The position numbers were made by a program, and so were the translations under genes. DNA of 64,000 nt from Octopus sinensis (lineage: Eukaryota). Positions within the stretch are counted from its first letter, which is position 1. Every line of letters begins with the position of its first letter. The stretch lies in NCBI RefSeq assembly GCF_006345805.1, contig NC_043016.1:3968001-4032000 (forward strand). The letters are read 5' to 3'. The notes beneath the pieces are model-generated. The model ran no database searches and was not told the origin of the DNA. It worked only from the letters and a program-made list of their open reading frames with translations. This document shows, in pieces, positions 26,143 to 38,120 of the stretch.

Positions 26143-27735
26143 GACAGGATGCCCCTGGGAGCTCCTCTATGCTGATAACCATGCTCTAATTGCTGAGTCA
26201 CTATCACAACTGGAGGAGAAGTTTCAGGTGTGGAAGCAAGGATTAGAATCGAAGGGCCTTAGTGTCAACCTAGCTAAAACCAAAGTCCTAATAAGTAGGA
26301 AGGTAGACAAGTCACAAACGCCTTCAGGTACATGGCCTTGCTCGATCTGTAGGAAAGGCATAAGTAGAAACTCTATAAGATGCACCAAGTGTAAGCTATG
26401 GACACATAAGAAGTGCAGCAACGTCAAAGGAAGGCTAACTAGGAAGATAGTTATTGTATGTGGCAGATGCTCAGGAGCAATAAACACTGAAAATGCGCAG
26501 AGAGCAACTTCCACCACATTCCAGGGAGAAAATCTAGAAATAGTTGATAGCTTCCGTTACCTAGGTGACCAAGTCAGTAGCGGGGGTGGGTGTATTGAAA
26601 GTGTAACTGCTAGAGTAAGAATAGCCTGGGCAAAGTTCAGAGAGCTCTTACCTCTGCTAGGGACAAAAGGCCTCTCGCTCAGAGTAAAAGGCAGACTGTA
26701 TGATGCAAGTGTACGAACAGCCATGCTACATGGCAGTGAAACATGGGCCGTGACTGCTGAAGATATGCGTAAGCTCGCAAGAAATTAAGCCAGTATGCTC
26801 CGATGGATGTGTAATGTCAGTGTTCATACTCGACAGAGTGTAAGTACCTTGAGAGAGAAGTTGGACCTAAGAAGCATCAGTTGCGGAGTGCAAGAGAGAC
26901 GTTTGCGCTGGTATGGCCATGCGGCGAGAATGGATGAAGATAGTTGTGTGAAAAAGTGCCACACCCTAGCTTTTGAGGGATCCTGTGGAAGAGGCAGACC
27001 CAGGAAAACCTGGGTTGAGGTGGTGGAGCACGACCTTCGAACTTTAGGTCTCACCGAGGAAATGACTTGAGACCGAGACCTTTGGAAGTATGCTGTGCGT
27101 GAGAAGACCCGGCAGGACAAGTGAGACCATCACCCATGGCCTCAGTCCACTCATGCATACCTTTTCTTCTTGGGACACAAAACCCTACTTGTGAAGACCT
27201 GTTGAGGCAAGTGAAAATCAAAATCAAAATCAAAATCAAAATCAAAAATCAAAATCGATCAACATGAATGGAAATTGTAGCTGTGATACCAGTGCCGGTG
27301 GCACATAAGAGAGCCATCCAAACGTGGCCGTTGCCAGCACCACCCTGACTTGCTTCCATGCCGGTGGCACGTAAAAAGCACCATCCAATCGTGGCCGTTG
27401 CCAGCTTCGCCTGGCACCTGTGCCTGTGGCACATAAAAAGCACCATCCGATCATGGCTGTTTGCCAGCTCCGCCTGGCCTTCGTGCCGGTGGCACGTAAA
27501 AAGTACCATCCGATCATGGCCGTTTGCCAGCCTCGTCTGGCACCTGTGCAGGTGGCACATAAAAAGCACCCACTACACTCACGGAATAGTTGGCGTTAGG
27601 AAGGGCATCCAGCCATAGAATCATTGCCAGATCAGACTGGGCCTGGTGCAGCCTTCTGGCTTCCCTACCCCAGTTGCACCGTCCAACCCATGCCAGCATG
27701 GAAAGCAGACGCTAAACGATGATGATGATGATGAC
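26143..27735 (+). mobile_element. 5'-truncated RTE-clade LINE: RT C-terminal half plus 3' UTR with tandem repeats and (GAT)n tail
   Basis: PWELLYADN, VNLAKTKVL, FRYLG, LHGSETW, RRLRWYGH, RGRPRKTW; premature TAA at 26786-26788. Confidence 0.95.
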
Positions 27736-27739
27736 ACAG

Positions 27740-28080
27740 GATAGGCTGTGTGGTAAGACGCTTGCTTCACAACCACATGGTTCTGGGTTCAGTCCCACTG
27801 TGTGACACCTTGGACAAGTGTCTTCTACTGTAGTCTCAGACTGACCAATGCCTTGTGAATGTATTTGGTAGACGGAAACTGAAAGAAGCCTGTCATGTAT
27901 ATACATATATATATATATATACCCATATATATATATGCATGTATGTATGTATGTATGTATGTATTTGTTTGTGTTTGTACTCCTACCAAAGAGTGATAAA
28001 ATAAGCACTAGACTTACAAAGAATAAGTCCTGGGGTCAATTTGTTCAACTAAAGGCGCTGAAGTAAAACAATAAAAGAAT
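27740..28080 (+). mobile_element. SINE family B, internally deleted
   Basis: ggctgtgtggtaagacgcttgcttc...ggtagacggaaactgaaagaagcc...gaataagtcctggggtc. Confidence 0.85.
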
Positions 28081-28087
28081 ATATACA

Positions 28088-28156
<69 letters not shown>

Positions 28157-28166
<10 letters not shown>

Positions 28167-28368
28167 GTGACCTCGTGTGTACTGTTGGCGATTTTTTTCC
28201 TCTGTCTTCCCTTCTCTGGATCTTTCCTTCTCCTATGTTTCCAACGAAGAGCTCCGCTCAAAATGCTAAACCCTCCTTCTTCCCTTCTTCCTGAGCGTCC
28301 AATAATACTATATTTGCTCCACGTCCTCGCGTTGTTGTGTTTTTTTGTGTTTTCTTGTTTGGATTAAC

Positions 28369-28370
<2 letters not shown>
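28157..28370 (+). mobile_element. Pyrimidine-rich interspersed repeat with a degenerate minimal hammerhead motif; further copies at 31895-32100 and 35225-35430
   Basis: Three related copies share ctgagcgtccaataacactata...ccacgtcctcgcgttgttgtg and a CTGAnGAAGAGCnnnGCTCGAAACGT-type segment. Confidence 0.8.
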
Positions 28371-28425
<55 letters not shown>

Positions 28426-28547
28426 CACCCACTACAGTCACGGAGTGGTTGGCATTAGGAAAGGCATCCAGCTGTAGAAACTCTGCCAGATCAGACTGGA
28501 ACCATCAAACCTGTGTTAGCACAGAAAACGGACGTTAAACGATAATG

Positions 28548-28581
<34 letters not shown>

Positions 28582-28800
28582 TATATATAAGAAATAATTA
28601 AGATTCAGTTGAACTAGGTTCTTAAATTGAAGCACTAAGTCAGTCCGGTATCCGCTCAGCTCAAAATAAGGTGAATAAAAAGCAAATAAGTAACAAGGAT
28701 GTCAAGGTGCAATACAGCTGTTTCAGGTGACTCCATTTAATCAAATAATGTAAATATTACATCAATTTGATATACACCGTTTAGACTTAGACATAAAGCT

Positions 28801-29055
28801 AATATTACTTCTTTATCTCATAAGATCTGGGAACTTAAGGAAAGCAAGAGTAGATTTAGCCTTAAATGGGATATAATACAGAGGGGGCAGCCATACAAAA
28901 ATAGCAGATATCGATCCAAATTTGTTTTATGGAAACTTATGAGATTTTTAAGTACAGAGACAAGAATAAGCTAATTAATAATAGATTTGACTTTAGGGTA
29001 TCCTGTGTGCATAGCATCAGCCACATGTTTAAATATTTTGGAAACAAATATTATC
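28801..29055 (+). mobile_element. Penelope-like element GIY-YIG C-terminal fragment
   Basis: TSLSHKIWELKESKSRFSLKWDIIQRGQPYKN, a frameshift, then ETYEIFKYRDKNKLINNRFDFRVSCVH; fits the PLE pattern T.LS..IW.LK....I.W.I....PY...LLN.R....C.H. Confidence 0.8.
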
Positions 29056-29489
29056 ATATTCATCATACTTTGAATTTGATGTCAGAAATTATGTGGGGTG
29101 TCATATTTTTCACAACATACCCACTAGTGTAGTAAATTATATATCATACATAATATTGCCTTCTGCGAACCCTGACCACTTTAGTCTGCATTCATCCTAT
29201 ACATTGATTACACTGTTTTTCCTTCAGTTCCAAGACTTCCTGCTCTATCAGTCAGAACAGGTATATTTGTAATGAGTTATCACATCATATGCCTCCCTTA
29301 GGTGTAGTCTATACCCACTAGGAACTATGTAATTCTACATACAACAGCACCTACAATATTATACTTTATAAAACCCACATCTAATGGCATCCTCATCTTA
29401 CTTTATTTATTTCTTAATTCAATTTGTTAGGAAAACTTTGAGCTATCCTTATTATATTTTTTACTAATTATTATTTTATTTTTTCAGCC

Positions 29490-29864
29490 TTGTCTAGTAC
29501 CTGTGTCGGTGGCACATAAAAAACACCATCCGAGCGTGGCCGTTCACCAGCCTCGTCTGGCACCTGTGTCGGTGGCACATAAAAAGCACCATCCGAGCGT
29601 GGCCGTTCGCCAGCCTCGTCTTAGCACTTGTGTCGGTGGCACATAAAAAACATAATCCGAGCGTGGCCTTTCACCAGCTTCGTCTGGCACCTGTGTCGGT
29701 GGCACATAAATAGCACCCACTACACTCACAGAGTGGTTGGCGTTAGGAAGGGCATCCAGCTGTAGAAACTCTGCCAGATCTGACTGGCCTGGTGCAGCCT
29801 TTGGGCTTCCCAGACCCCAGTTGAACCGTCCAACCCATGCTAGCATGGAAAGCGGACGTTAAAC

Positions 29865-29900
<36 letters not shown>
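29490..29900 (+). mobile_element. Truncated RTE 3' UTR with about 63-nt tandem repeats and (GAT)n tail
   Basis: Units start at 29501, 29564, 29628 and 29691; same tail as the 26143 element. Confidence 0.9.
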
Positions 29901-29903
<3 letters not shown>

Positions 29904-30057
29904 TTATTATTCTTATTATTAGTTTTAGTTTTTATTTTTATCTTTATTTTGTTATCCTTTATCACTCCTTATATCCAATATGTACCTTACTGCTTCAGTA
30001 ATGGAAAACAAATTTTAACCTTATGTCTATTTTATCATTTTATAAATTCCTTATTGA

Positions 30058-30099
<42 letters not shown>

Positions 30100-30825
30100 G
30101 TCCTTGGATGAAAATTGTATGCACATTTGCTTTGACGGTTAATGGCGACCAAACCAAGGCTAGGATCGAGCTGAAAATTGGCAGGGATACTAAATGTGTG
30201 GTGAGGATGAGACCCACGATGGTTAAAATTTGCAAGCTATAAAGATGTGGTTACTATGGCGAAAAGAGTGATTTTTTATCAATTCAAGGGGGTCTCAAGC
30301 CCCTCTAGGTTTGTGCGATTGGCTTTTAATGCCCAGCAGCATGCACTGCAGGCTGTTGTGCTTAATAAACATACATTTTGTCGCGAAATTCAGGCTACTA
30401 GGAAACGATTTTTCATTGTGAAAAAACAAGTGCTTTTTGTCCTCATTTTCTTTTTAATCTTTTTATAAAAGTGAAAGGATTTCATCTATTTATTTCTGCT
30501 GTCCACTTACGATGGTGATTCAGTTGACTAGGAAAACTATCTGTGATGAATATCCAATACCAAACTATCTTAATCTACATATTGAAACTGCATTAAACTT
30601 TGGCAACCTTACCTTTACTTATGTGTTCTGTGATAATCAAAGTGCAATGACCTCCACAATAACCAGCCTTCAATTTGATTTTCCATTCCTAGGTTAATTG
30701 GAAACAGATTGCCATGCTACACATAAACCTTCTTGGTAGTTCAATTATTTGATGAAAAAAATACCACAAAAGCAACTTAAACCGTCCAAAGGATGGGTGT
30801 GTTTGCTAGTATATATATATATATA

Positions 30826-31105
30826 TCATCATCATCATCATCATCGTTTAACATCTGTTTTCCATGCTGGCATGGGTTGGATGGTTCTACTGGGCTCTAG
30901 GAAGCCAGGAGGATGCACCAGGCTCCAGTCTGGTCTGGCAGTGTTTCTACAGCTGGATGCCCTTCCTAATGCCAACCACTCTGAGAGTGTCATGAGAGCT
31001 TTTTTACATACCACCAGCACAGAGGCCAGAGGGGCTGGCATTGACCACGATCGGATGATGCTTTTTATAAAGCACTGGTATTGGCCACATTCGGATGGTG
31101 CGTTT
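30826..31105 (-). mobile_element. Truncated RTE 3' UTR copy
   Basis: (CAT)n followed by cgtttaacatctgttttccatgctggcatgggttgg. Related short copies at about 28425-28545(+), 32855-32972(-), 41090-41345(+), 46835-47090(+), 48272-48430(-) and 48820-49005(+). Confidence 0.85.
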
Positions 31106-31379
31106 TATAAATATTTCTTCATTTTATTTTTTGATGTATTCTATTTACTCTTTTAGTTTATATTATATTATTAAATTTTGTATTTTCTATACCTGTTTAC
31201 CCTCGTATATATAGGTGTAACATTCTATGATTTGTGGAGGGGGTTGTAACTTCTCTCTGTTGTTAATCATGGTAAGATATAATACAATATATTTCTTGCA
31301 TTTATATTTTTTAGTTATTTATAATTACATTTTATAATTATAACATATTCTTTGTTTTTATTTATGCACCCTTTTCAAG

Positions 31380-31672
31380 CCTAACCAGGCTCATGGGCCC
31401 GTTTTCCCGGTTTCTGTGGCATATGTGTTCCTCCCAGCTGGACGGGATGCCAGTCCATCACAGTGTTACCCAAGAAACAGGAAGAAAGAGTGAGAGAAAG
31501 TTGGGGCGAAAGAGTACAACAGGGGTCACTAACACCCCCTGCCGGAGCCTCGTGGAGCTTTTTAGGTGTTTTCACTCAATAAACACACACACAATGCCCA
31601 GTCTGGGAATCAAAACCATGATCCTCCAACCGTGAGTCTGCTGCCCTAACCACTGGGCCATTGCGCTTCCAC
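31380..31672 (-). mobile_element. tRNA-derived SINE (family D)
   Basis: Reverse complement starts gtggaagcgcaatggcccagtggttagggcagcagactc...ggttttgattcccag (A and B boxes). Confidence 0.8.
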
Positions 31673-32118
31673 ATATATTCTTTATATATACATACACACA
31701 CACACATATATATATATTTTGGAAGCCACTCCTATCATTCTTCCTTAACCTTAAACGATACTTAGCCCAACCACACACATAGATAAACAGCCACAACCAC
31801 ACACACACGTGCTATCATTACACACACACACATACACACACATACACAGACCTGCACATGCACATATCCAGTTACACACACATACCTTCTTCTCTTGCAC
31901 TCTCTGTATCGTTGGCGATGTTTTTTCCTCCTCTTCCTTCTTTGTATCTTTCCTTTCCCTATATTTCTGAAGAAGAGCTCCGCTCAAAATGTTATATCCT
32001 CCTTCCATCTTTCCTTTCCTGAGCGTCCAATAACACTATACTTGTTCCACGTCCTCGCGTTGTTGTGTTTTCTCTTTGTGTTTTCATGTTTGGATTAACT
32101 ATACATATATATATATAT

Positions 32119-32162
<44 letters not shown>

Positions 32163-32276
32163 ATATATATATTTCGTTTTCGTATTTGGTTTACAAAATC
32201 TTTATATGAGTTTGTGTGTTGAAGTATATTCTGAAAATGACTCTCCCCAGACACAACAGAATATATATATATATAC

Positions 32277-32322
<46 letters not shown>

Positions 32323-32413
32323 TATTTCGTTTTCGTATTTGGTTTACAAAATTCTTTATATGAGTTTGTGTGTTGAAGCATATTCTGAAAATGACTCTCC
32401 CCAGACACAACAG

Positions 32414-32448
<35 letters not shown>

Positions 32449-32463
32449 ATATACATATACATA

Positions 32464-32501
<38 letters not shown>

Positions 32502-32756
32502 TCAATATAGGGTGGCAGAAAAATTTTGTAGAATTTTTTCGCCACCAGCGGCCTAGTGGGAAAAAATTAAATAGCCATAGACCATTTTTAAGTTCAACAT
32601 CACAATCAAGGAACGGCCATAATAGGCCATTCACCCACTAGAAATAACAGCCAAAAGCTTCAACCGCAAAATAACATCATTGATGTTATTTTGCGGTTGA
32701 AGCTTTTGGCTGTTATTTCTAGTGGGTGAATGGCCTATTATGGTCATTCCTTGATT

Positions 32757-32794
<38 letters not shown>

Positions 32795-32968
32795 AAGAAG
32801 TAAATATATGGCACAACGAAGTACCGATATTTACTAGTATTGCATTACTAATATCATCATCATCATCATCATCATTTAACGTCCGCTTTCCATGCTAGCA
32901 TGGGTTGGACGGTTCAACTGGGGTCTGGGGAGCCCGAAGGCTGCACCAGGCCAGTCAGATCTGGCAGT

Positions 32969-33020
<52 letters not shown>

Positions 33021-33036
33021 ATGTGTGTGTGTGTGT

Positions 33037-34190
33037 CACTTTCCAGGGAGAAAAACTAGAAATAGTTGATAGCTTCCGTTACCTAGGTCACCAAGTCAGT
33101 AACGGGGGCGGGTGTGTTGAAAATGTAACTGCTAGAGTAAGAATAGCCTGGGCAAAGTTCAGAGAGCTCTTACCTCTGCTAGGGACAAACGGCCTCTCGC
33201 TCAGAGTAAAAGGTAGACTTTATGATGCTTGTGTACGAACAGCCATGCTACATGGCAGTGAAACATGGGCCGTGATTGCTGAGGATATGCGTAAGCTCGC
33301 AAGAAATTAAGCCAGTATGCTCCGATGAATGTGTAATGTCAGTGTTCATACTTGACAGAGTGTAAGTACCTTGAGAGAGAAGTTGGACCTAAGAAGCATC
33401 AGTTGCGGTGTGCAAGAGAGACGTTTGCACTGGTATGGCCATGTGACGAGAATGGATGATGATAGTTGTGTGAAAAAGTGTCACACCCTAGCAGTTGAGG
33501 GATCCTGTGGAAGAGGCAGACCCAGGAAAACCTGGGACGAGGTGGTGAAGCACAACCTTCGAACTTTAGGTCTCACCGAGGAAATGACTTGAGACCGAGA
33601 CTTTTGGAAGTATGTTGTACGTGAGAAGACCCGGCAGGACAAGTGAGACCATCACCCATGGCCTCAGTCCACTTATGCATACCTTTCCTTCTTGGGACAC
33701 AAAACCCTACTTGTGAAGACCTGTTGAGGCAAGTGAAAATCAAAAAATCAAAAAATCAAAAAATCAAAAATCAAAATTGATCAACGTGAATGGAAATTGT
33801 CGCTGTGATATCAGTGCTGGTGGCACATAAGAGAACCATCCAAACGTGGCCATTGCCAGTGCCGCCCTGATTGGCTTCCATGCCGGTGGCACGTAAAAAG
33901 CACCATCCGATCGTGGCCGTTACCAGCCTCACCTCGCCTCCGTGCCAGTGGCACGTAAAAAGTACCATCCGACCGTGGCCATTTGCTAGACTTGTCTGGC
34001 ACCTGTGCAGGTGGCACGTAAAAAGCACCCACTACACTCATGGAGTGGTTGGCGTTAGGAAGGGCATCCAGCCGTAGAAACATTGCCAGATCAGACTGGG
34101 CCTGGTGCAGCCTTCTGGCTTCCCAGACCCCAGTTGCACCGTCCAACCCATGCCAGCATGGAAAGCAGACGCTAAACGATGATGATGATG
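33037..34190 (+). mobile_element. 5'-truncated RTE LINE, close paralog of the 26143-27735 copy
   Basis: TFQGEKLEIVDSFRYLG...GSETW...RRLHWYGH...RGRPRKTW; same UTR and the same premature TAA (33308-33310). Confidence 0.95.
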
Positions 34191-34208
34191 TGTATATATG
34201 TATGTATG

Positions 34209-34302
<94 letters not shown>

Positions 34303-34313
34303 CATATATATAT

Positions 34314-35185
34314 ATGCAGTTTAATCCTGAAAAATTCCAGGCCCTGCGCTACCAGCATCCAAATCTGAATATTAAACTTACAGGGTTCACTGGTCCACAG
34401 GGAATTTCAATCCCAGAGCCTAAGTCTGTGAGGGACCTGGGTATCGACATGTGTGATTATACCTCTTTCCAAGTGCACATTACCAGTATGACGACAAAGT
34501 GCAGACGACTGGCTAAATGGATCTTAAGAATATTCAGAACCAGAGATAAGGAAACCATGATGGTCCTCTGGTGGGCATTCATCCTCAGCCACCTGGATTA
34601 CTGCTTAGAGCTATGGTCACCAACCAGTGTGAAATTAACAGTGAACCTTGAAGCAATCCAGAGAAGATTCACAAAGAAGATTGTCTCTTTGCAACAGCTC
34701 AGCTACTGGGAAAGGTTGAAAGAGCTAAGACTCTACTCCCTAGAGAGAAGATGGGAGAGGTATGCAGTAATATATATCTGGAAGATCCTGGAAGGAATTG
34801 TGCCAAATTTTGGCATTGTAATCTACACCAATGCTAGAACGGGAGGACACTGCATAGTGCCAAAGATCCCAGCAATGCCATCATGCTTCAGGACCAGATT
34901 CTACAACAGCCTGGGTTTCAAGGGTCCACAGCTTTTTAATATTCTCCCAAAGAGTTTGAGGAACTTGCACAAAGTAGATGTAGCGGTTTTTAAATCAAAG
35001 CTGGACCTCTTCCTGTCGAGAGTCCCAGATGAACCTACCTCACGGCAAGAAGTGCAAATGAGGGTAGCTATATCAAACTCCATTCTTCACCAAGTGCCAC
35101 ATATTAGAAGAGGCTCTTAGTAATAACAGTGTAGCACAAAACGGCAGTGCATCAGCATGGCCGCAGCTCTGAGCTGAAACAAAAT
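34314..35185 (+). mobile_element. 5'-truncated CR1-like LINE 3' end with an open frame to its stop
   Basis: MQFNPEKFQAL, VRDLGI, SHLDYC.ELWSP, LEAIQRRFTK, SYWERLKELRLYSLERR, IYIWKILEG, FNILPK; stop at 35118-35120. Confidence 0.93.
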
Positions 35186-35559
35186 ATATATATATATATA
35201 TATATATATGCATACATTTCAATATGTGACCGCGTGTGTATCGTCGGTGATTTTCTTTCTCCGTCTTCCCTTTGGACTTTACCTTTTTCTATGTTTCTGA
35301 CAAAGGGTTCTGCTCGAAACGTTAAATCCTCCTTCTTTCTTTCCTTTCCTGAGCGTCCAATAACACTATACTTGTTCCACGTCCTCGCGCTGTTGTGTTT
35401 TCTCTTTGTGTTTTCATGTTTGGATTAACTTTATATATATATATATATACCATATTTTTATATCTTTTTACATCCGTGGATATTTATTCATAATATTGAA
35501 ATTTTTTTATATAATTATATTTTTCAAATAAGTTTTTCTGTTATAGAACTAATCATCTA

Positions 35560-36230
35560 ATTTTTTTTTCTTGCCTTTGATCCCTAGTTTTCAGTCAATT
35601 AAAAATGTGTCCCTCTTTCTCACATGAAATCTGAATGTAATTTGGGTTTATTGTTTGAATGGTTTTATCATGACCACCTTAAAGTTTGCTAAAATGGAAT
35701 ATTATGAAGCTTCTATTTTATATAAAAGTAATCTATTTTTTAAGGGTTTAAATTGGTGTATATATCCTTCTTATCTTACTTGGTCCTTATATCTCCTTCT
35801 AAATTTTAAAATTTTGCTTGATATTATACAAAATATAACGATATATAAATTTGGTTAATTTATTTTCTTCTCCTCTATCCTTAATGCCCATTTAGATATC
35901 TTTCTGACATCCTTTGTTTTTTATTTTAAGCCCCTTTAATTGATAATAATAAAATAGTTTATGTCACTCTTTCCGGGTATTTACCACCATCTTACTGACT
36001 TCTTCTAAGATTTGCTTCATGTGGTGATAGGGAATTTATAGCACTAGTAAATTAGGGGTTTAGGTGAGTATCTGACATGAATTAATTTATCAGCAGTGGT
36101 TTTAATTCTTAGTGGACATAGTATACTAGCTGCATTAGATCTTTTGATGGTGATAAAGAGATAGATAAAAATTGTAGTTATAATTACCATCTCCGACCCC
36201 TTTGTTATTCTCTTCTGTCACTCCAAATTA
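35560..36230 (-). mobile_element. Probable degraded Penelope-like RT fragment
   Basis: Minus strand NKGSEMVII resembles ADKG..V.M; TINPNYIQISCEKEGHILID resembles N.I.PNI.FT.EKE...L.FLD; many stops. Confidence 0.5.
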
Positions 36231-36273
36231 TAGTTTGGGGTATTTTCTCCCCAAGTTCATTTTGCCATAATAA

Positions 36274-38120
36274 AACGGGTCAACACAATTTTTGGTGCCA
36301 AGAAACAAAACACGTTGGTGATCAGAACAAATCATAGGCCCCTCACATTATTTTCAAGATATGTTTGGTACAGATGAGACAGTGGACTTCAGGTACCCAA
36401 ACATCATTGAGATTCGCTATTCCTATGATCTAGCACGAGCCAAAGAACCACTCTGATGAATGTTACTTCTACCGAGTTAGTGTTGCAGGACTGAACCAAA
36501 AGAAATGCAGATCTAACGACTATCCCAGTCTTCATTCTGCTATTCTACCAATGCTGCATTCAGATGATTTGCCAATCCCAGTTTTTCACGAAACTTTATT
36601 GAAACTTGTTTAAAGTGGCAAGTCTGATACTGATGTAAATGAGAGACAGTGAAAACGATCTTGAATATGTTCCCTAAAATGTGCCAGAGCCGTTTAACCA
36701 AAAGGAGTTGAATGGCTTGATTCGAGACTTAAATCTAAGCAAAGAATCAGCAGAACTTTTGGCTCAACGTAAAACTAGGCTCAACGTAAAACACCTGTTA
36801 GCAAAAGGCACAAAGGTAACATTCTATCAAAATAGGGATGCTGAATTTGTAACATTCTTTAATGAGAACATGGATCTTTTTCATTGCAATGATGTTGAGA
36901 TCATTCTTCTTTGACTAGGCGTCCACAAATACAATCCTGATGAATGGAGATTGCTCATTGATAGTTCAAAACGTAGTTGAAATGTGTTTTACTCCATAAT
37001 ACCAACATGTATGCACCAATACTTATAGGTCATTCAACAACACTGAAAGAAAAACATGATGCCATCAAACAGATTATGGAACAGATTGACTACACCAAAC
37101 GTAAATGGGTGTTATGTGTCGATCTGAAGATGGTAAATTTCCTACTTGGTTAACAAAGTGGCTACACGAAATTCCCATGTTTTTCTGCATGTGGGACAGT
37201 AGAACAAAAGAGGAGCACCGGAAAAGGAAAGATTGGCCACCCCAAGAATTGAACATCAGTAAAAAGAATGTTATTAGCACAGCACTAATTCTGAAAGAAA
37301 AAAAACATCTTCCCTCCCTTGCATATCAAATTAGGATTAATGAAAAAGTATGTAAAATCACTCGACAACAAAAATAAATGTTTTTAGTATATATGTAAAT
37401 TGTTTCCAAGACTTAGCATTGGAAAACTCAAAGCAGGAGTGTTTGATGTTCCTGATATCAGGAAACTCATTAAGGATGATGAATTTGTTAATTCAATGAA
37501 TGACTTGAAATTTCCGGATAGTTGCGGCGAAGTGAGTGATGAACAAGGAGAATGATTCCACCAGGATATCAAAACAATGGAAGAGCACTACCAGGGACGG
37601 TGGGACAAAAGAACGGTAGCTGACAACTGCTGGAGTATCAAAAGGGACTTAAATAACATTGAACATGAAAGACAATCAAGAGGGACAAACATTTTACCAT
37701 AGTTCTTATGTTTACGAAGGTTTTATTCCTGCTGTTAGTTTTTTTAATGATTTGAAGAAAATACTTGTTGGCCTTGGTATATTCAATTGTGTTATTTTTA
37801 AAGACTTAGGGTCTGATTGTTATCGCAAAAACAGTATTTCTCAATAAGCAGACCAATATTTGTTGATTTAAATACGAATTGAGAAGTTTCTATGATTTTA
37901 CTTTGAGAAATATTGCCATCGATCAATATCAAATATACAGAAAACAAATGAATAAAAATGCTTTTTTTTTTTTCCCAAAAATGAGGCATTTCTGTACAGC
38001 AAAAATGGTAGCTAAACAAGGAAAAGTAGGGTCGTTTTCAGATTCAGTGTCCTCAAATTAGCTAAAGAAGATGTTTGGTGCCTCGACACCATTTCAAAAT
38101 GTCTTTTTTGTTGACCAGTG
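36274..38120 (+). mobile_element. Chapaev3-like (CMC) DNA transposon, near full length, degenerate transposase
   Basis: EPKNHSDECYF, LIRDLNLSKESAELLA, WRLLIDSSKRSLKCVLLH, VDLKMVNFLLG, LHIKLGLMK; termini aacgggtcaac and gttgaccagtg are inverted (CACTGGTCAAC consensus) with TAA on both flanks. The family name comes from recalled motif similarity. Confidence 0.8.

Noticed and set aside
27285-27575. HDV-like ribozyme in the 63-nt unit (CCAGCCTCGTCTGG resembles HDV P3/L3)
   Set aside because: I could not find complementary P1 and P2 strands in the required nested order.
29501-29720. Regularly spaced repeats resembling a CRISPR array
   Set aside because: These are contiguous tandem units without unique spacers, lie within a LINE 3' UTR in eukaryotic DNA, and have no cas genes.
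30611-30735. Possible short exons on either strand
   Set aside because: Splice-like motifs are present, but there is no recognisable peptide or supporting neighbour; consistent with chance in AT-rich DNA.
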